Shown here piece after piece: positions 1 through 13,849 of a stretch of 64,000 nt of DNA. A program made the translations under genes and the position numbers. Under the pieces are notes generated by a model. It searched no databases. It saw only the letters and a list, made by a program, of their open reading frames with translations, and was not told the DNA's origin. Each line of letters opens with the position of its first letter. The stretch's first letter is position 1. The stretch comes from Octopus sinensis (lineage: Eukaryota): NCBI RefSeq assembly GCF_006345805.1, contig NC_043019.1, positions 22,567,360 to 22,631,359 on the forward strand. The letters are read 5' to 3'.

Positions 1-289
1 TGAACCACTAAACTACAGGGATGTAAACACACCAACACCAGTTGTCAAGTAGTGGTTAGGGACAAACACAGAAACAAAGACACACACATGCACACACACA
101 CACACACACACACACTCATAATACAATGAGCTTCTTTCAGTTTCCTTTCTATCTATCAAATCCACGTACAAGGCTTTGGTCGACCCAAGGCTATAGTAGA
201 AGACACTTATCCGAGGAGGGATCGAACCTGGAATCGTGTGGCTGGGAAGCAAGCTTCTTACCACACAACTACACCTGCACCTGTTAACT

Positions 290-470
290 TTTCTTTAACA
301 CGGTTCATAGCAATTTCTCAGTGCGTTTATTTTGGCTTAGAGAAGTTTTACCATTCTTGAATTGTGGAACCAAGTGTAGATGGAGAGTTGAGTTTCATAT
401 CAATAGAGCTTGCTGCGTATCATTGAAAAGAAACTAACTTCTCTACTGTTTTTAAAGAACAAGGCATGAT
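290..470 (-). mobile_element. Degenerate mariner transposase N-terminal remnant
   Basis: Minus strand reads IYTWF then QFKNGKTSL across a frameshift, resembling the mariner helix-turn-helix segment W-F-x-x-F-x-x-G-x-x-S-L. Confidence 0.4.
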
Positions 471-530
471 GATGATAACAAGGTAAGCATGTTGGAGGAA
501 TGAAGTAAAGGAGGTGGGGCATATTTAAAC

Positions 531-982
531 CAGGGTTGGCAAATTTCTTACATATATCAATGAACCCTTTATGGTATCATCAATAACTTATTGACTCCCA
601 ACATATGAATTTCTAAAATAAAATTAAAAAGTATAATTAATAAAAAAGTATTTCTTGGTTTGAAAATAATTCCTTTATTCTTTATTGTCATTGCCACTTT
701 TTTAATTAAGAAATATCTAAATCAATTTTATGAAAATACTTAACGAAATTGATAATGAGCAATAAGTTTAGTGTTGTTATATTGACATAACTGAAATAAT
801 TAATGTGAAATGGCTGCAAATTAGTGAGTTTTAGCCTTAAATTACCCTTACTCTTCTTGATTCAGTTCCTGAAATAATTCAGCATCCATAATACCTAAAA
901 TCGTTTCAAGTGTTTATTGGCCCCGTTGAATAGCCACATAAAACTCTTCAGAGGTCAATATTGACCTCTTCACCAATCCCTG
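531..982. mobile_element. hAT-type MITE
   Basis: Ends CAGGGTTGG...CCAATCCCTG; 8-bp near-identical flanks ATTTAAAC/ATTTAGAC. Confidence 0.55.
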
Positions 983-1301
983 ATTTAGACAAACCTAACC
1001 ATGATTGTTGAACATGTGAAAAAAATTAGTTAATTTATAATAAATAAACTGGTTCTAGGTGGTGCTATTTCATGCTGCCACGAGGTTCTGTCAAGAAAGG
1101 AGACTGTGATCTAAGCAAGTTTTAGGACTCAGTTTTTCCCCAGCACCTGAAACAAGTCTTTCCTCATTAACAACACCTGTTGTGTTTGGTGTCAGGTGAG
1201 AATAAGCAACATTATAAAAGCCAAGGAGCTTAACACTGACCATTATCATTATTAAACAATAATGATGGAAACAATGATAATTATTATTATTATTACTATT
1301 A

Positions 1302-2412
1302 AAGGTGCGATGAGCTGGCAGAGTTGTTAGCATACTGGGTGTGATGCTTAACAGTATTTTACCCGTTGTTATGTTCTGAGTTCAAATTTCGCCGGGGTCC
1401 ACTTTACCCTTTATCATTTCGGGGTCAATAAATTAAATACCAGTTGAGTACTGGGGTCGATGTAATCGACTATCCCCCTCCCCAAATTTCAGGCCTTGTG
1501 CCTATAATAGAAAGTATTATTATTGTTGTTGTTGTTGTTATTTTGCACACCTGTTCAATACCACCACCACCAAAGCCACTAACATCAGTGAGGGTGTCTC
1601 TCTGCAGTTATTTGACTTGTTAGAAATAGTAGCTAAATCTCATCTAAAATCACAACTAGCTGTCTGAGAGAAAAAAAAAACTGAAAGACACATGGTGGCA
1701 TAATGTAGTCCGAGATACACTATGACTGAAATATAAATGGAATGGTCACGATTGGAAACCCATTGATTATTGGTTTGTTGAATTAAGGTTCAAGCAGAAT
1801 TGTTGGCACACCGGGCAAAATGCTTAGCAGCATTTGACTTGTCTCTACATTCTGAGTTCAAATTCCACCAAAGTTGACTTTGCCTTTCATCCTTTTGGGG
1901 TCGATAAAATAAGCAGCAGTTCAGTACTGGGATTGATGTAATTGACTTAGCCCATCCCCCAAAATTGCTGCCTTATGCCAAAATTTGGAGCCAAAGATGG
2001 AGAACTGAAAGCATCGTTAGCATGCTGGGCAAAATGCTCAGTGGTATTTCATCTATCTTTATGTTCTGAGTTCAAATTCTGCCAAGGTCAACTTTGCCTT
2101 TCATTTTTTCGGGGTCGATAAAATAAGTACCAATTGAGCACTGAGGTCAATGTAATTAATTCACCCTTCCCTTGAAATTGCTGGCCTTGTGCAAAAATTT
2201 GAAACCAAAGCTACCAAACTGGCAGAACCGTTAGCATGTTGGGGAAAATGGTTAGTGGCATTTCCTCCATCTTTACATTCTGAGTTCAATTTCTGCTAAG
2301 GTTGACTTTGTCTTTCTTCCTCTTGGAGTCGATAAAATAAAGTACCAGTTGAGTACTGGGGGTCAATGTAATTGCCCTGAAATTGCTGGCCTTGTGCTAA
2401 AATTTGAAACCG
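1302..2412 (+). mobile_element. Cluster of about 4 same-orientation diverged copies of SINE family A
   Basis: Recurrent gagctggcaga...ctgagttcaaatt...gcctttcatcc...ggggtcgataaa...gtaccag blocks. Confidence 0.8.
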
Positions 2413-3993
2413 ATATGATGGTGGTAATGGTAGTTTATCTTGTAGTGATGGTGGTGGAGTGATAATTAGGGTGGTTATGGAGAGAGTTGATGATTAAGAG
2501 TGGTAGTAGTAGGTGGTAACAGTGTTGATGGTGGTGGGGCTGGTGATAGCAGTGGCTTTAGTAATATGATGATGGTGCTGGTAATAGAAGCTGATGGTTA
2601 TGAGGGTGGTGTTGATTGTGATGGTAGCCCAGTTCACTAGGGTGTGGGTTAACCTGCTTGGCTGTCCTTCAGGGCAACACCCCCACCCTCCACACTAAGC
2701 ATGGTAATGTAAGCTAGGCTAGAACACCTGAGATAATCCTCCCCATCAGCTGTCTAAACTTATAAACAGCAACATAACCTCAAGCCAGCATGAGATGCCC
2801 TATGCAGTCCCTTGACCTAGAAATAGCAACCAAATATCTATCAAAAACACTATAGAAGAAGGAAGAGCACACTGGGAAGATCTTAGTTTAAAAATCTATG
2901 TAATTATAGCTGACTGGCCTTGAACTGCCACAGCTGCTGTTGCTACTACTACTACTATTACTACTTGAGAAAGGATTTTATTAGTAGTCCCTAAAGGACA
3001 AAAATGAAACAGTCAGATTTCCCTCAGATCATATTACTAAAAAGAGAAAGACATATATAATGTAGTCCAAGATGCATTGTGTCACTGTTGTGGTTGTGGC
3101 TGGAATGTCTTTGATCATATACTGTAGGCCAACCCAGTGTGAGATGAGTGGGAGATAAACCACCACCACCAACAACAACAACATCACTAGTACTACTGCT
3201 CCACTACTACTACTACTACTAGAAGACACTTGCGTAATGTGCTGCACTGTGGGATTGAACCAGAAACATAGCTGGAAAGCAAGGCTCTCAGCCATGCTTA
3301 TGTCTATATGTGTGCATATCTATGCACACGTGTCTTTGTGGGTGTGTATTATTATCATTATTATTATTATTAAGGTGGTGAGCTGGCAGAATCGTTAGCA
3401 TGCCAGGCAAAATACTTAGTAGCATTTCTTGTGTCTTAATGTTCTGAGTTCAAATTATGCTGAGGTCAATTTTGCCTTTCATCCTTTTGGTATTAATAAA
3501 ATAAATCCCAGTTGAATACTGGGATTGATGTAATTGACTAGCCCCTCCCCACCAAATTTCAGACCTTGTTCTTTCAACAGAAAGGATTATTATTATTAAG
3601 GTGGCAAGCTGGCAGAATTGTTAGTATGCCAGTCGAAATGCTTAGGGGTATTTCATCTGCCGCTATGCTCTGAGTTCAAATTCTGCCAAGATTGACTTCG
3701 CCTTTCATCCTATTGGAGTCAATAAATTAAGTACCAGTTGATGTAATCAATTCATCCCCTTCCCCAAAATAGGTGCCCTTGTGGAAAAATTTGAAACCAT
3801 TATTATTTTTTTTAATATTGTTATTTAAAACAGCTTTGTTTGGTTCCATTTGTCTTGGTTTGTTGGGCTTCTAACAGAAACCCATCTCATTCAAGCTTTG
3901 GTAATCTAAGCCTGAATGAGATGGAGGGTTCTGTTAGAAACCTGTGAAATTTTATGTTGCAAGGAGTCGAACCAAACAATTTTAAATAATAAG

Positions 3994-4225
3994 AAGGCGG
4001 CGAGCTGGCAGAAACGTTAGCACGCCGGGCGAAATGCGTAGCCGTATTTCGTCTGCTGTTACGTTCTGAGTTCAAATTCCGCCGAGGTCAACTTTGCCTT
4101 TCATCCTTTTGGGGTCGATAAATTAAGTACCAGTTACGCACTGGGGTCGATATAATCGACTTAATCCGTTTGTCTGTCCTTGTTTGTTCCCTCTGTGTTT
4201 AGCCCCTTGTGGGTAATGAAGAAAC
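3994..4225 (+). mobile_element. SINE family A (tRNA-like head, Meta-domain-like core), young copy
   Basis: Full GGCGGCGAGCTGGCAG...TTGTGGG..AAGAAA unit; flanking direct repeat AATTTTAAATAATAA. Confidence 0.85.
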
Positions 4226-4627
4226 AAAATTTTAAATAATAATAAATGTAACTCCTGTGAAATGTGTTGAGCGCCGTTTTCTTTTGACTGTTCAGTCATT
4301 CATGTGTGTAAGTGTTATGTCGGCCGATCTCAAAACACAGAGCTTTACAAAGGAGATGACTGAGGACCGAGGAATGTGATGTATTACTGTGCTCAAGAAG
4401 ACCCACCCACCAGCAACAGAAATGAGATCCTAAAACCAAGGTGCCATGTAAAAAGCACCCATTACACTTTGTAAAGTGGTCGTTGTTAGGGAGGGTATCT
4501 AGCCATGGAAACCAAGCCAAAACAGACTTTAGAACCTGGTGCTGCCCCTGGCCTGGCCAGTTCCTGTCAAGCTGTCCAACCCATGCCAGCATGGAAAACA
4601 GACATTAAATGTTAATGATGATGATGC

Positions 4628-4629
<2 letters not shown>

Positions 4630-4689
<60 letters not shown>

Positions 4690-4847
4690 GAATTAGAGAT
4701 AAAACAACTATGGTTTATGTCTATCACTGTTTGAGTTGCATAATAGTGGTTTTATCTCTAATTCATATTTTATATATTTATACTGTGAAATTTGATTTAA
4801 TACGAAATTGAATTTTTCCCTGTAAGTTTGGAGTTATACTCCCTATT

Positions 4848-4886
<39 letters not shown>
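4630..4886. mobile_element. Inverted-repeat element fragment (possibly Penelope-like) embedded in (TA)n
   Basis: 31-bp inverted arms 4681-4711/4743-4773 with 1 mismatch; (TA)n on both sides; family assignment is inference. Confidence 0.45.
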
Positions 4887-4902
<16 letters not shown>

Positions 4903-5729
4903 TTAGTGTGTGTATAATGTAGAAGTGTATGTTTAAGCAATGGTACAATAACTTGAGAGTCAGGTTCCATAGCAACCACTCTAACTTTTACCACCAGCTC
5001 CACCTCCAACATCACCACTTCAATTAACAACAACATTAAGCTCTAATATACTCGCCATATGCAATCTGTTTAATATCAACAACCACCTCCCACCTCTTAC
5101 ACTGCTCTCCCCCTCCCTGCTGCTCCCTACTTTTCTTTCCTTGCTCAGAATAAACTCCTTAAACACACCCTTCTTTTCTCCCCCTCCCTAACCCTCCACC
5201 TGTTCCTCCCTACCTAATAGGATCCCTATAAACCAACATATCATCTACTCTGCCCTCATCTCCCCCCACCATCACAACCACTGCCACCACCACCACCACC
5301 ACAGCCATCGCCACCACTACTACTTTCGCCCTATCATTATCAACACCATTATGGAGATTGGTCACTTCTACTATACTACCTCCATCACCACAATTATCAC
5401 ACAGCCATCAATATCAGCAGCAATACCACCACCACCACTACGCTCATGACTGTCTCTCAACAACAATGACTCCCAACACCACTACTATGATTTCATAATC
5501 CTCACATCACACCACCACCAACACCACCACTGCATATCTGAGGGACCAAAACAAGGAAATGCCTAACTGGAACCTTTCCACTTCCTAAAACTCAACCTTT
5601 CTGTCTGTGTCTCTGTCTCTCCCCCACCTCCTCGTCATATACACCCATCAACCCTGTTGCCTCTGTTGTGTACACCATATGTTCTCTCAATTCCCAAGGT
5701 GTGACTGTGTGATAAGAAGTTTGCTTTCC

Positions 5730-6147
5730 AGTGAGCTGGCAGAAACATTAGAACGCTGGGCCGAAATGCTTAGCCGTATTTCGTCTGCCGTTACGTTCTG
5801 AGTTCAAATTCCGCCGAGGTTGACTTTGCCTTTCATCTTTTCGGGGGTCGATAAATTAAGTACCAGTTATGCACTGGGGTCGATGTAATCAACTTAATCC
5901 GTTTGTCTGTCCTTGTTTGTCCCCTCTGTGTTTAGCCCCTTGTGGGTAGTAAAAAATAGGTATTTCATCTGCCGTTACGTTCTGAGTTCAAATTCCGCCG
6001 AGGTCGACTTTGCCTGTCATCTTTTCGGGGGTCGATAAATTAAGTACCAGTTATGCACTGGGGTCGATGTAATCGACTTAATCCGTTTGTCTGTCCTTGT
6101 TTGTCCCCTCTGTGTTTAGCCCCTTGTGGGTAGTAAAGAAATAGGTC
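5730..6147 (+). mobile_element. Dimeric SINE family A nested in a SINE family B head
   Basis: Body duplicated in tandem; 15-bp TSD AGAAGTTTGCTTTCC at 5715-5729/6148-6162. Confidence 0.88.
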
Positions 6148-6472
6148 AGAAGTTTGCTTTCCGGCCACGTGGTTTCAAGTTCAGTTCTACAGCATGGCAT
6201 TTTGGGAAAGTGTCTTCCCCTATAGCCCCAGGCCAACCAAAGCCTTGCAGGGAAACTGAAAGAAGCCCTTTATATAAACACACACACACACACACACACA
6301 TATCAAACAATCAGAAACCAATAAATACAAGTAGAATAAATATCTAAAGTAATTCCTCAGGTATGAGAAGTAGATCCAAATATCATTTAGAAGAATTTCA
6401 AGGAATTCAGAGTATTATAAAACAAAAATACGAATAGGGAAAAATCACACCTTTAATTGTAGAATTCACCTT

Positions 6473-6920
6473 ATCATCATCATCATCATCATTTAACGTC
6501 CGCTTTCCATGCTAGCATGGGTTGGACGGTTCAACTGGGGTCTGGGGAGCCCGAAGGCTGCACCAGGCCAGTCAGATCTGGCAGTGTTTCTACAGCTGGA
6601 TGCCCTTCCTAACGCCAACCACTCTGAGAGTGTAGTGGGTGATTTTATGTGCCACCGACACAGGTGCCAGACGAGGCTGGCGAACGGCCATGCTCGGATG
6701 GTGTTTTTTATGTGCCACCGACACAGGTGCCAGACGAGGCTGGCAGACAGCCACGCTCGGATGGTGTTTTTATGTGCCACCGACACAGGTGCCAGATGAG
6801 GCTGGCGAACGGCCACGATCGGATGGTGTTTGTTACGTGCCCACAGCACGGAGGCCAGTCGATGCGGTACTGGCTACGGCCACGTTCGGATGGTTTTCTT
6901 GTGTGCCACCGGCACTGGTA
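6473..6920 (-). mobile_element. Family C retroposon (RTE-LINE 3'-end derived) with about 61-bp internal tandem repeats
   Basis: (ATG)n tail, GGCGTTAGGAAGGGCATCCAGC block, 4-5 units at 6640-6920; sisters at 13283-13560, 15374-15722, 36168-36438. Confidence 0.8.
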
Positions 6921-7881
6921 CCACAAAGATACAAATTCCATTGATGTTCATCTATAGCCAACAATTGTTTTGGTTGTATTAATATATTTAGATATAGAAA
7001 ATTTACATGTTTTCAAGGCAACCCAGAATTAGTTAAATTCAAAGCAAACTTAGGAGAAATAGAATCTAAGAAATATAATCTAAGGAAAGCTATTTTTGTG
7101 TTCAACTATTGGTGACATCACTAGAAAATAAAAAATAAACATAAGTATTCTACATTATGACAATTAGAAACAGAGATTTTATGTCATTGCAATTAGTTAA
7201 CTATTCATTAAGTACTCTTTTACTTGTTTCAGTCATTTGACTGTTGCCATGTTGGAGCACTGTCTTTAGTCGAGGAAATCGACCCCAGGACTTATTCTTT
7301 ATAAGCCTAGTACTTATTCTATCAGTCTCTTTGCTGAATTGCTAAGTTAGTTTGAGTCACCTTGACAAAAGCTCCTTGTATCTTTCATACACACACACAC
7401 ATAAGTGAGTGATGGTCTTTTCAGTTTCTACCCACCTAAAATCACTCACTGAGACTATAGTAGAAGACACTTGTACAAGGTGCCACACAGTGGGACTAGA
7501 ACCTGAAAGCTCATGTTTGCAAAGCAAACTTCTTAATCCCATTATAACCAATGGTATGAGCATACAAGTATCTGTGTGTGTGTGTATGCATGTATTTTGT
7601 GTGGTTGTGAACAACATAGTTTAGTTTTTGTTTTTTTTTATATATTTTTCTCAAACAAATTCTCGAAAACATCTTGCACAAGATTTTGTCCATCGTATTA
7701 TATTGATTAATATCTTTTTTTAAGTCATTGAAATCATACCAGACTTGTTGATTTATTTTATTTATTCATTGTATTTTTCCTTTATCTTCAAGAAGCATTT
7801 AGAGAGGCATATTGTTGTCAAGTGATATATGATGTAAACCTATCTATGCTCTGGATAAATAGATCACTTATATATATATAT

Positions 7882-7933
<52 letters not shown>

Positions 7934-9467
7934 TCAGCTGGCTCAATTTACAGAAATTTATCATCTTCTCCTCCTCCTAATGTGTCTACTGATTTGTTTC
8001 CGTTTTCATTGTGATTATATAGATGAGTGGAGAAGCTGAAAGGCTGTGCCCACAATCATCTGCAATCTTTTTCCGAGTCTCTCCAAGACTGGTTATTAGG
8101 GAAGAGGTGGAGCTTAAAGGGTGGAGACTGGAGGAAAGGAACCAAAAGTAAATATTCATGTGGTGCCATTGTTGGGAAGTTGCTGGAAGATCAAGTTATT
8201 GAGGAAGCTTGATCTCTGGTTCAAACTCTTGTAGCAGAAGTGTAGAACTTTGTTAAAAGGCATCCAAGGACCTGATGGTGGTAAAAGTTTTGGTGTTGGT
8301 GGGAAGGTGATGGTAGTGGTGATGTTGATGGCAATAGAGACGTAGGTGATGGAGGTGGTGGTGTTGTACCAGGTCACAGTTTAGATCAGCAAATTAGTGG
8401 TGTCCATCCAATAGACTGCTGCACAGTCTCTATCAAAGATTGGTGGTGGTAGTCGATAGAGCATTGGATTGTCATTTGCACTATTCATTGTGACTCTCTA
8501 CTCTCTGAGTTCAAACCCTACCAAGGTCAACTCTACCGTTTCACTTTTCCTAATAAAAAAAATAGTCAAGGTACTGAAGCAGAGAGGGGAAGGGGACATT
8601 CTTCTTCCTTTTTACTTTCTTTCTCTCTCTCTCTCCATCCCTCATGCACGCACACACACACACACAGAAATCAGCAGTGTTCAAACCTTGTGAAGAATAA
8701 GCATCACTCCAGTATGGGCATAGCTGTGTGGTTAAGAAGTTTCCTTCTCAACCTCATGATTTCAAGTTCAGTCCACTGTATGGCAGCTTGAGCAAACATC
8801 TTCTACTATAGCTTTGGGTCAGCCAAAACTTTGTGAATGGATCTGGTTGATGAAAACTGATAGAAGTCTGTTACGTGTATGTTTGTCTATTTGTACTGTC
8901 TTGAGTATCCCCATCATACAAGTGTTTTTGTTTTGTTTCAAATCTTCCATGGAAACATATCTGGCCAAGGGGAAACATTACTGTTGTTGGAAGCAAGTGA
9001 GGGTTGGCAACAGAAAGGATATCTGGCTTTTGAAAATCTGCCTCAGCAATTCCCATCTGATCCATGCAGGCATGAGAAAGCAGATGTTAAAACAATGAAG
9101 ATCATAACACCATGTATCTCAATGGTGCCCCTTTGACTGCATCAAGTGTTGGGGACTCAAGGAAGGAAGAATTTCTGTCTACCAAATTTCACAGTGTTTC
9201 TCCACTTTTTTTACCCTTGTGTAACCCTTAAAATAAACTACATGTCTCAAGGAACCCCTGCAGAAAAAAAAAATTATATACTATATCTTTCTCATATTTT
9301 ATTCATTGTAGTTCATCTAGTAAATATATATATATATATATATAAATTTGCCATGAGCGATTCTTTCTTGCCTTGAGATTCACGGTCAAACAGCTGGGTG
9401 GAATTGTGCGAAAAATTACACAGAAGTGTAGAATGATCCGGTGGTGATGCTGGGCTTATCGAGATAA

Positions 9468-9932
9468 TCTACTATAATAATACTCTTGTGTTTATGAATG
9501 AGAAAGGAAGGGGCGATATATGAATAAGGAAGGAAGGGGTGATGTCATACTTGGTAGTGAGATGATGAAAATTGTACACTGAAAAGAATAAATCAAACAG
9601 CGTTTCAGCTCTGTGTGAATGTATGTGTGTGTATGTAAAAGGGGTGGGGTATGTGTGTGTGTGTGTGTTTGTGTGAGTGCATGAGCGCATGCAATGGAAG
9701 TGGGATGGTTCATCTTTGTTCGCTTAGTATTTGGGCTTATTTTTTGATTTGGTTGAATCTTGGTTTTTTTTTCTTTTTTTTGGTCAATTATTTTTAGGGT
9801 TTTGACAGAAAAAATTCATTCTAAAATTGCTTTTTAACGTAAGTGTGCCCAAATGAGTCGAATGCTTACACAGAGCAGGTTTTACAGTCACATCATCCAA
9901 ACCAACCGGGTGAAACCAGGCTTAGCTGCTAG
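9468..9932 (+). mobile_element. Non-autonomous Helitron
   Basis: A/TCTACTATAATAA start; subterminal hairpin CCGGGTGAAACCAGG; CTAG/T end; no TSD. Confidence 0.75.
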
Positions 9933-10818
9933 TTATATATAAAATTGTGATATTACAATAACCAATAATATGTTGTGCATGTATAGTGATATTACGATCA
10001 TGAAATTAGCATTAGCTTATCTCACTCTTTTTCACAGAACCCCTAGGAACCATTTGTGGAACCGTAGAGTTCCGGGGAACCCAATTTGAGAAATGCTGCT
10101 TTAACCTTTAAAGCATTCACATTATTCTATCAAAATAATGCTTTTTTATTCACATTGTTTTGAATTAATCATGCATTATTTTGTAGCTTGAGATTTCGAT
10201 GAAGTAACTGTTAATTCTGTAGAATAATATTGTAGGGCTGGTGTGAGAGGCCACATCTGGCCAGTTTGAGCATAAAGCAAGTAGGATGTTTTGTCCAGAT
10301 GTGGCTGGTTCAAATGCTGAAGGGTGGCATTATAGAACCTGGAGCAGTTGTTGGAGGATTTACATCAAAATGCTGAAAAGAAAAAGAAACCCTCAACTTT
10401 GAGAGAGTGTTATATCATTGGCAGATGAATTCTTGAATGATTGTGATAATTTCACTTTTTAATTAATATAATTAGATCTGTTAAGGTGGTGAACAGGCAG
10501 AATCACTAGCACACTGGAGAAAATGCCTAGTGGTATTCCGTCTGTCTTTATGTTCTGAGTTCAAATTCCATCAAGGTTGACATTGCCTTTCATCCTTTGG
10601 GAATTGATAAAATAAATACCTGTTAAGCACTGGGCTCAATGAAATTGACTAGTCCTCCCCCACAAAATTGCTGTGCCTGAGCCAAAATTTGAAATCATCA
10701 TCATCATCATCATTATTATTAAGGAGGTAAGCTGACAGAATTCTTAGCATGCCAGGCAAAATGCTTAGCAGCATTTCATCCGTCCTTACATTCTGAGATT
10801 TATCCAATTGTCAACATA

Positions 10819-11231
10819 CGCAGGAGTGGCTGTGTGGTAAGTAGCTTGCTAACCAACCACATGGTTCCGGGTTCAGTCCCACTGCGTGGCATCTTGGGCA
10901 AGTGTCTTCTGCTATAGCCCCGGGCCAACCAATGCCTTGTGAGTGGATTTGGTAGACGGAAACTGAAAGAAGCCTGTCGTATATATGTATATATATATAT
11001 ATATGTATGTGTGTATACGTTTGTGTGTCTGTGTTTGTCCCCCTAGCATTGCTTGACAACCGATGCTGGTGTGTTTACCTCCCCGTCACTTAGTGGTTCT
11101 GCGAAAGAGACTGAAAGACCCAGTACTGGGCTTGCAAAGAATAAGTCCCGGGGTCGATTTGCTCGACTAAAGGCGGTGCTCCAGCATGGCCGCAGTCAAA
11201 TGACTGAAACAAGTAAAAGAGTAAAAGAGTA
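10819..11231 (+). mobile_element. SINE family B (tRNA-like head, CORE-like box, internal (TA)n), full length
   Basis: GGAGTGGCTGTGTGGTAAG...GGTTCAGTCCC A/B boxes, AAAAGAGT tail. Similar copies at 12364-12750(+), 23211-23637(-), 25176-25575(+), 34617-35002(-), 43293-43685(-), 45321-45600(+), 49689-50067(-), 50262-50626(-), 57667-58052(+), 62973-63405(+). Confidence 0.88.
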
Positions 11232-12749
11232 ATGCCACTGCTTCATTAATTAACAAAGATTTTTGGCATAAGTGACACAGGCACCTCTCTGTCGTGTAAC
11301 TGGTAATGCAGGCATTTGGTAAATGTGAGATACGATGTTCAAGCCCTGTTAAGGGGCCTCGTCATTATGTTTACTTTAATTGGTTTGGTTCATATAATGT
11401 CTTTTGTTATTGGCATTGTATTCTGCATCTCCAGCAACCACCAACGCCACCATAACCACCTTGTTAATCTCCACCACCCCTATATACACTTTTATAGTCC
11501 CCATCACAACCACTAATGTATATACTGCTACTATCACTAGCAGCTGCACCACCACCACAACCACCACCACCACCACCATAACCAACATTATAATCTCCAC
11601 CACCCCTCTGGCCATTATAATCCTCCACCCACATTCTACACTCACCATCACCATCATCAGCCCCACCACCACCTAGTCTATTATGTTACAGTAGATGTTT
11701 TAACATCATGCAAAGTCTATTTCTTTCATTTTGTCATTAATTCTGGACATTGCCGTCATCACCACCACTTTGTCATCACCACTACCACTGCCATCATCAT
11801 CCTCACCATCTTCAACATCCTCATCTTTCTCCACCACCACCACCACCTATGTTGGTGTCTTCTTACAGAAATTTTCTTATAAGATGTAAATCAATTACTT
11901 TTAATGGAATTGAAATGATGACTGGCCTGCTGTCAGCTTAAACTACTATTACCACTACCACCACAACTACCACTACTGCAATTACTACCACCACTAATAC
12001 TACCACTATTATCACCACCACCTTATACCATCACAACTCCTACTACTACAACAACTATCACATCTTAAATATATTTCTACCAACATCACTGCTATTACCA
12101 CTACTACTACTACTACTTAATATTGATTTCTATGACATTGGTACAAGGACTTAAAGAGAAGGGGCACAATTTAAATCAACCTCTCCCACCCCCACCATCC
12201 CAGTACAAAACTGGTACTTTTACTGATGTCAAACGCTGCTGGAAGAATGAAAGGTAAAGTTGATCCCCGCTGGATTTGAACTCAGAGCATGTAAGTTGTC
12301 ATCATTTGTATTAATTTTTAAAACATTAAAGGCAATGATGCTGATGTCACACTTAAAACACTGGTGCAGGAGTGGCTGTGTGGTAAGTAGCTTCCTTATC
12401 AACTACATGGCTCCAGGTTCAGTCCCACTGCATGGCAAGTGTCTTCTACTATAGCCTCGGGCCAACAAAGTCTTGTGAGTGGATTTGGTAGACGGAAACT
12501 GAAAGAGGCCCGTCATATATATATATATATATATATTTTTTTTTGTGTTTGCCCCCCCCCCCCACATCGCTTGACAACCGATGCTGGTGTGTTTAATCCC
12601 CGTAAGTTAGCGGTTCGGCAAAAGAGACCGATAGAATAAGTACTAGGCTTACAAAGAATAAGTCCTGGGATCGATTTGCTTGACTAAAGGCGGTGCTCCA
12701 GCATGGCCGCAGTCAAATGACTGAAACAAGTAAGAGAGAGTAAAAGAGA

Positions 12750-13200
12750 GCTAGTGCCATGTAGAAGCACTGGTGATGGTGCCACATAAAATGCTGTGGT
12801 GCTGATGTCTTGTAAAATGTGGTGCTGTTGGATCCACATAAAATTTACTGGTACTAGTGCCGTGTAAAATGCACTTGTGTTGGTGTCACACAAAAAAGCA
12901 CTGATGCTAATGTCCTGTTTAAAGCATTGGTGTGGATGTCACGTAACATGTACTGGTGCTGCTACCATGTTTCAAGCACTGGTGCTCGTGTCACATTTAA
13001 AGCACTGGTACTGGTGCCACGTAAAAAGTACCCTGTACACTTTATAAAATAGTCAGCATTAGGAAGGGGCACTCAGCTGTGGAAAGCAAGTCAAAACAGA
13101 CTATGGAACCTGGTGCGGCCCCTGGTCTTGTCTGTTCCTTTCAAGCTATCCAACCCATGCCAGCATGGAAAACAGACTTTAAAGATTATGATGATGATGA
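12750..13200 (+). repeat. About 11 diverged ~26-bp tandem units leading into a family C tail
   Basis: Unit consensus GCACTGGTGCTGGTGCCACGTAAAA, followed by the AGGAAGGG..CAGCTGT block and (GAT)n. Confidence 0.75.
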
Positions 13201-13849
13201 AAACTCCTGCTTGTCTTGCATCATTTTGTTAATCATCATCATCATCTCAGCATCCACTTTTCTTGCATGGATTTGGAGGAGTTGGTGCTTTTTACGTGCC
13301 ACTGGCCTCCGTGCCGGTGGCACATAAAAAGCACCATCCGAGTGTGGCCGTTCGCCAGCCTCGTCTGGCACCTGTGCAGGTGGCACATAAAAAGCACCCA
13401 CTACACTCACGGAGTGGTTGGCGTTAGGAAGGGCATCCAGCTATAGAAACACTGCCATATCTGACTGGCCTGGTGCAGCCTTCAGGCTTCCCAGACCCCA
13501 GTTGAACTGTCCAATCCATGCTAGCATGGAAAGCGGATGTTAAACGATGATGATGATGATGAATTGAAGCAGGTTTTCTATGGCTGGATGACCTTCCTGT
13601 CACCAACCTTCACTTGTTTCCAAGCAAGGTAACATTTCCTCATGGTCAGACGTGTGTTCACAAAATACTGGAAATGAATCATACAAGTCCACCACCCTAG
13701 ATTGACCACCACTACCACAGCAATCACAACCCCATTTACTAGTAGATTATAACTGGTTAATGTTTTCTCTGATTTATTTGACAGATCATTATCATCATAT
13801 GTTTGTTTACCATGTTGAAAAGTGTAAAGGTACTAGACATCCTTATTCT

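Noticed and set aside
6640-6920. CRISPR-like repeat array, and resemblance of CCAGCCTCGTCTGGC to the HDV ribozyme P3/L3
   Set aside because: Spacers are homologous to each other, there are no cas genes, the context is a eukaryotic retroposon, and no P1 partner strand exists for an HDV fold.
8024-8290. Possible plus-strand exon after ttatatag
   Set aside because: No recognisable homology, stops in all frames and no convincing donor or partner exons.
11316-12120. Thr/His/Val-rich ORFs resembling mucins (also 16533-17328)
   Set aside because: CAC/CAT triplet low-complexity DNA without splice structure.
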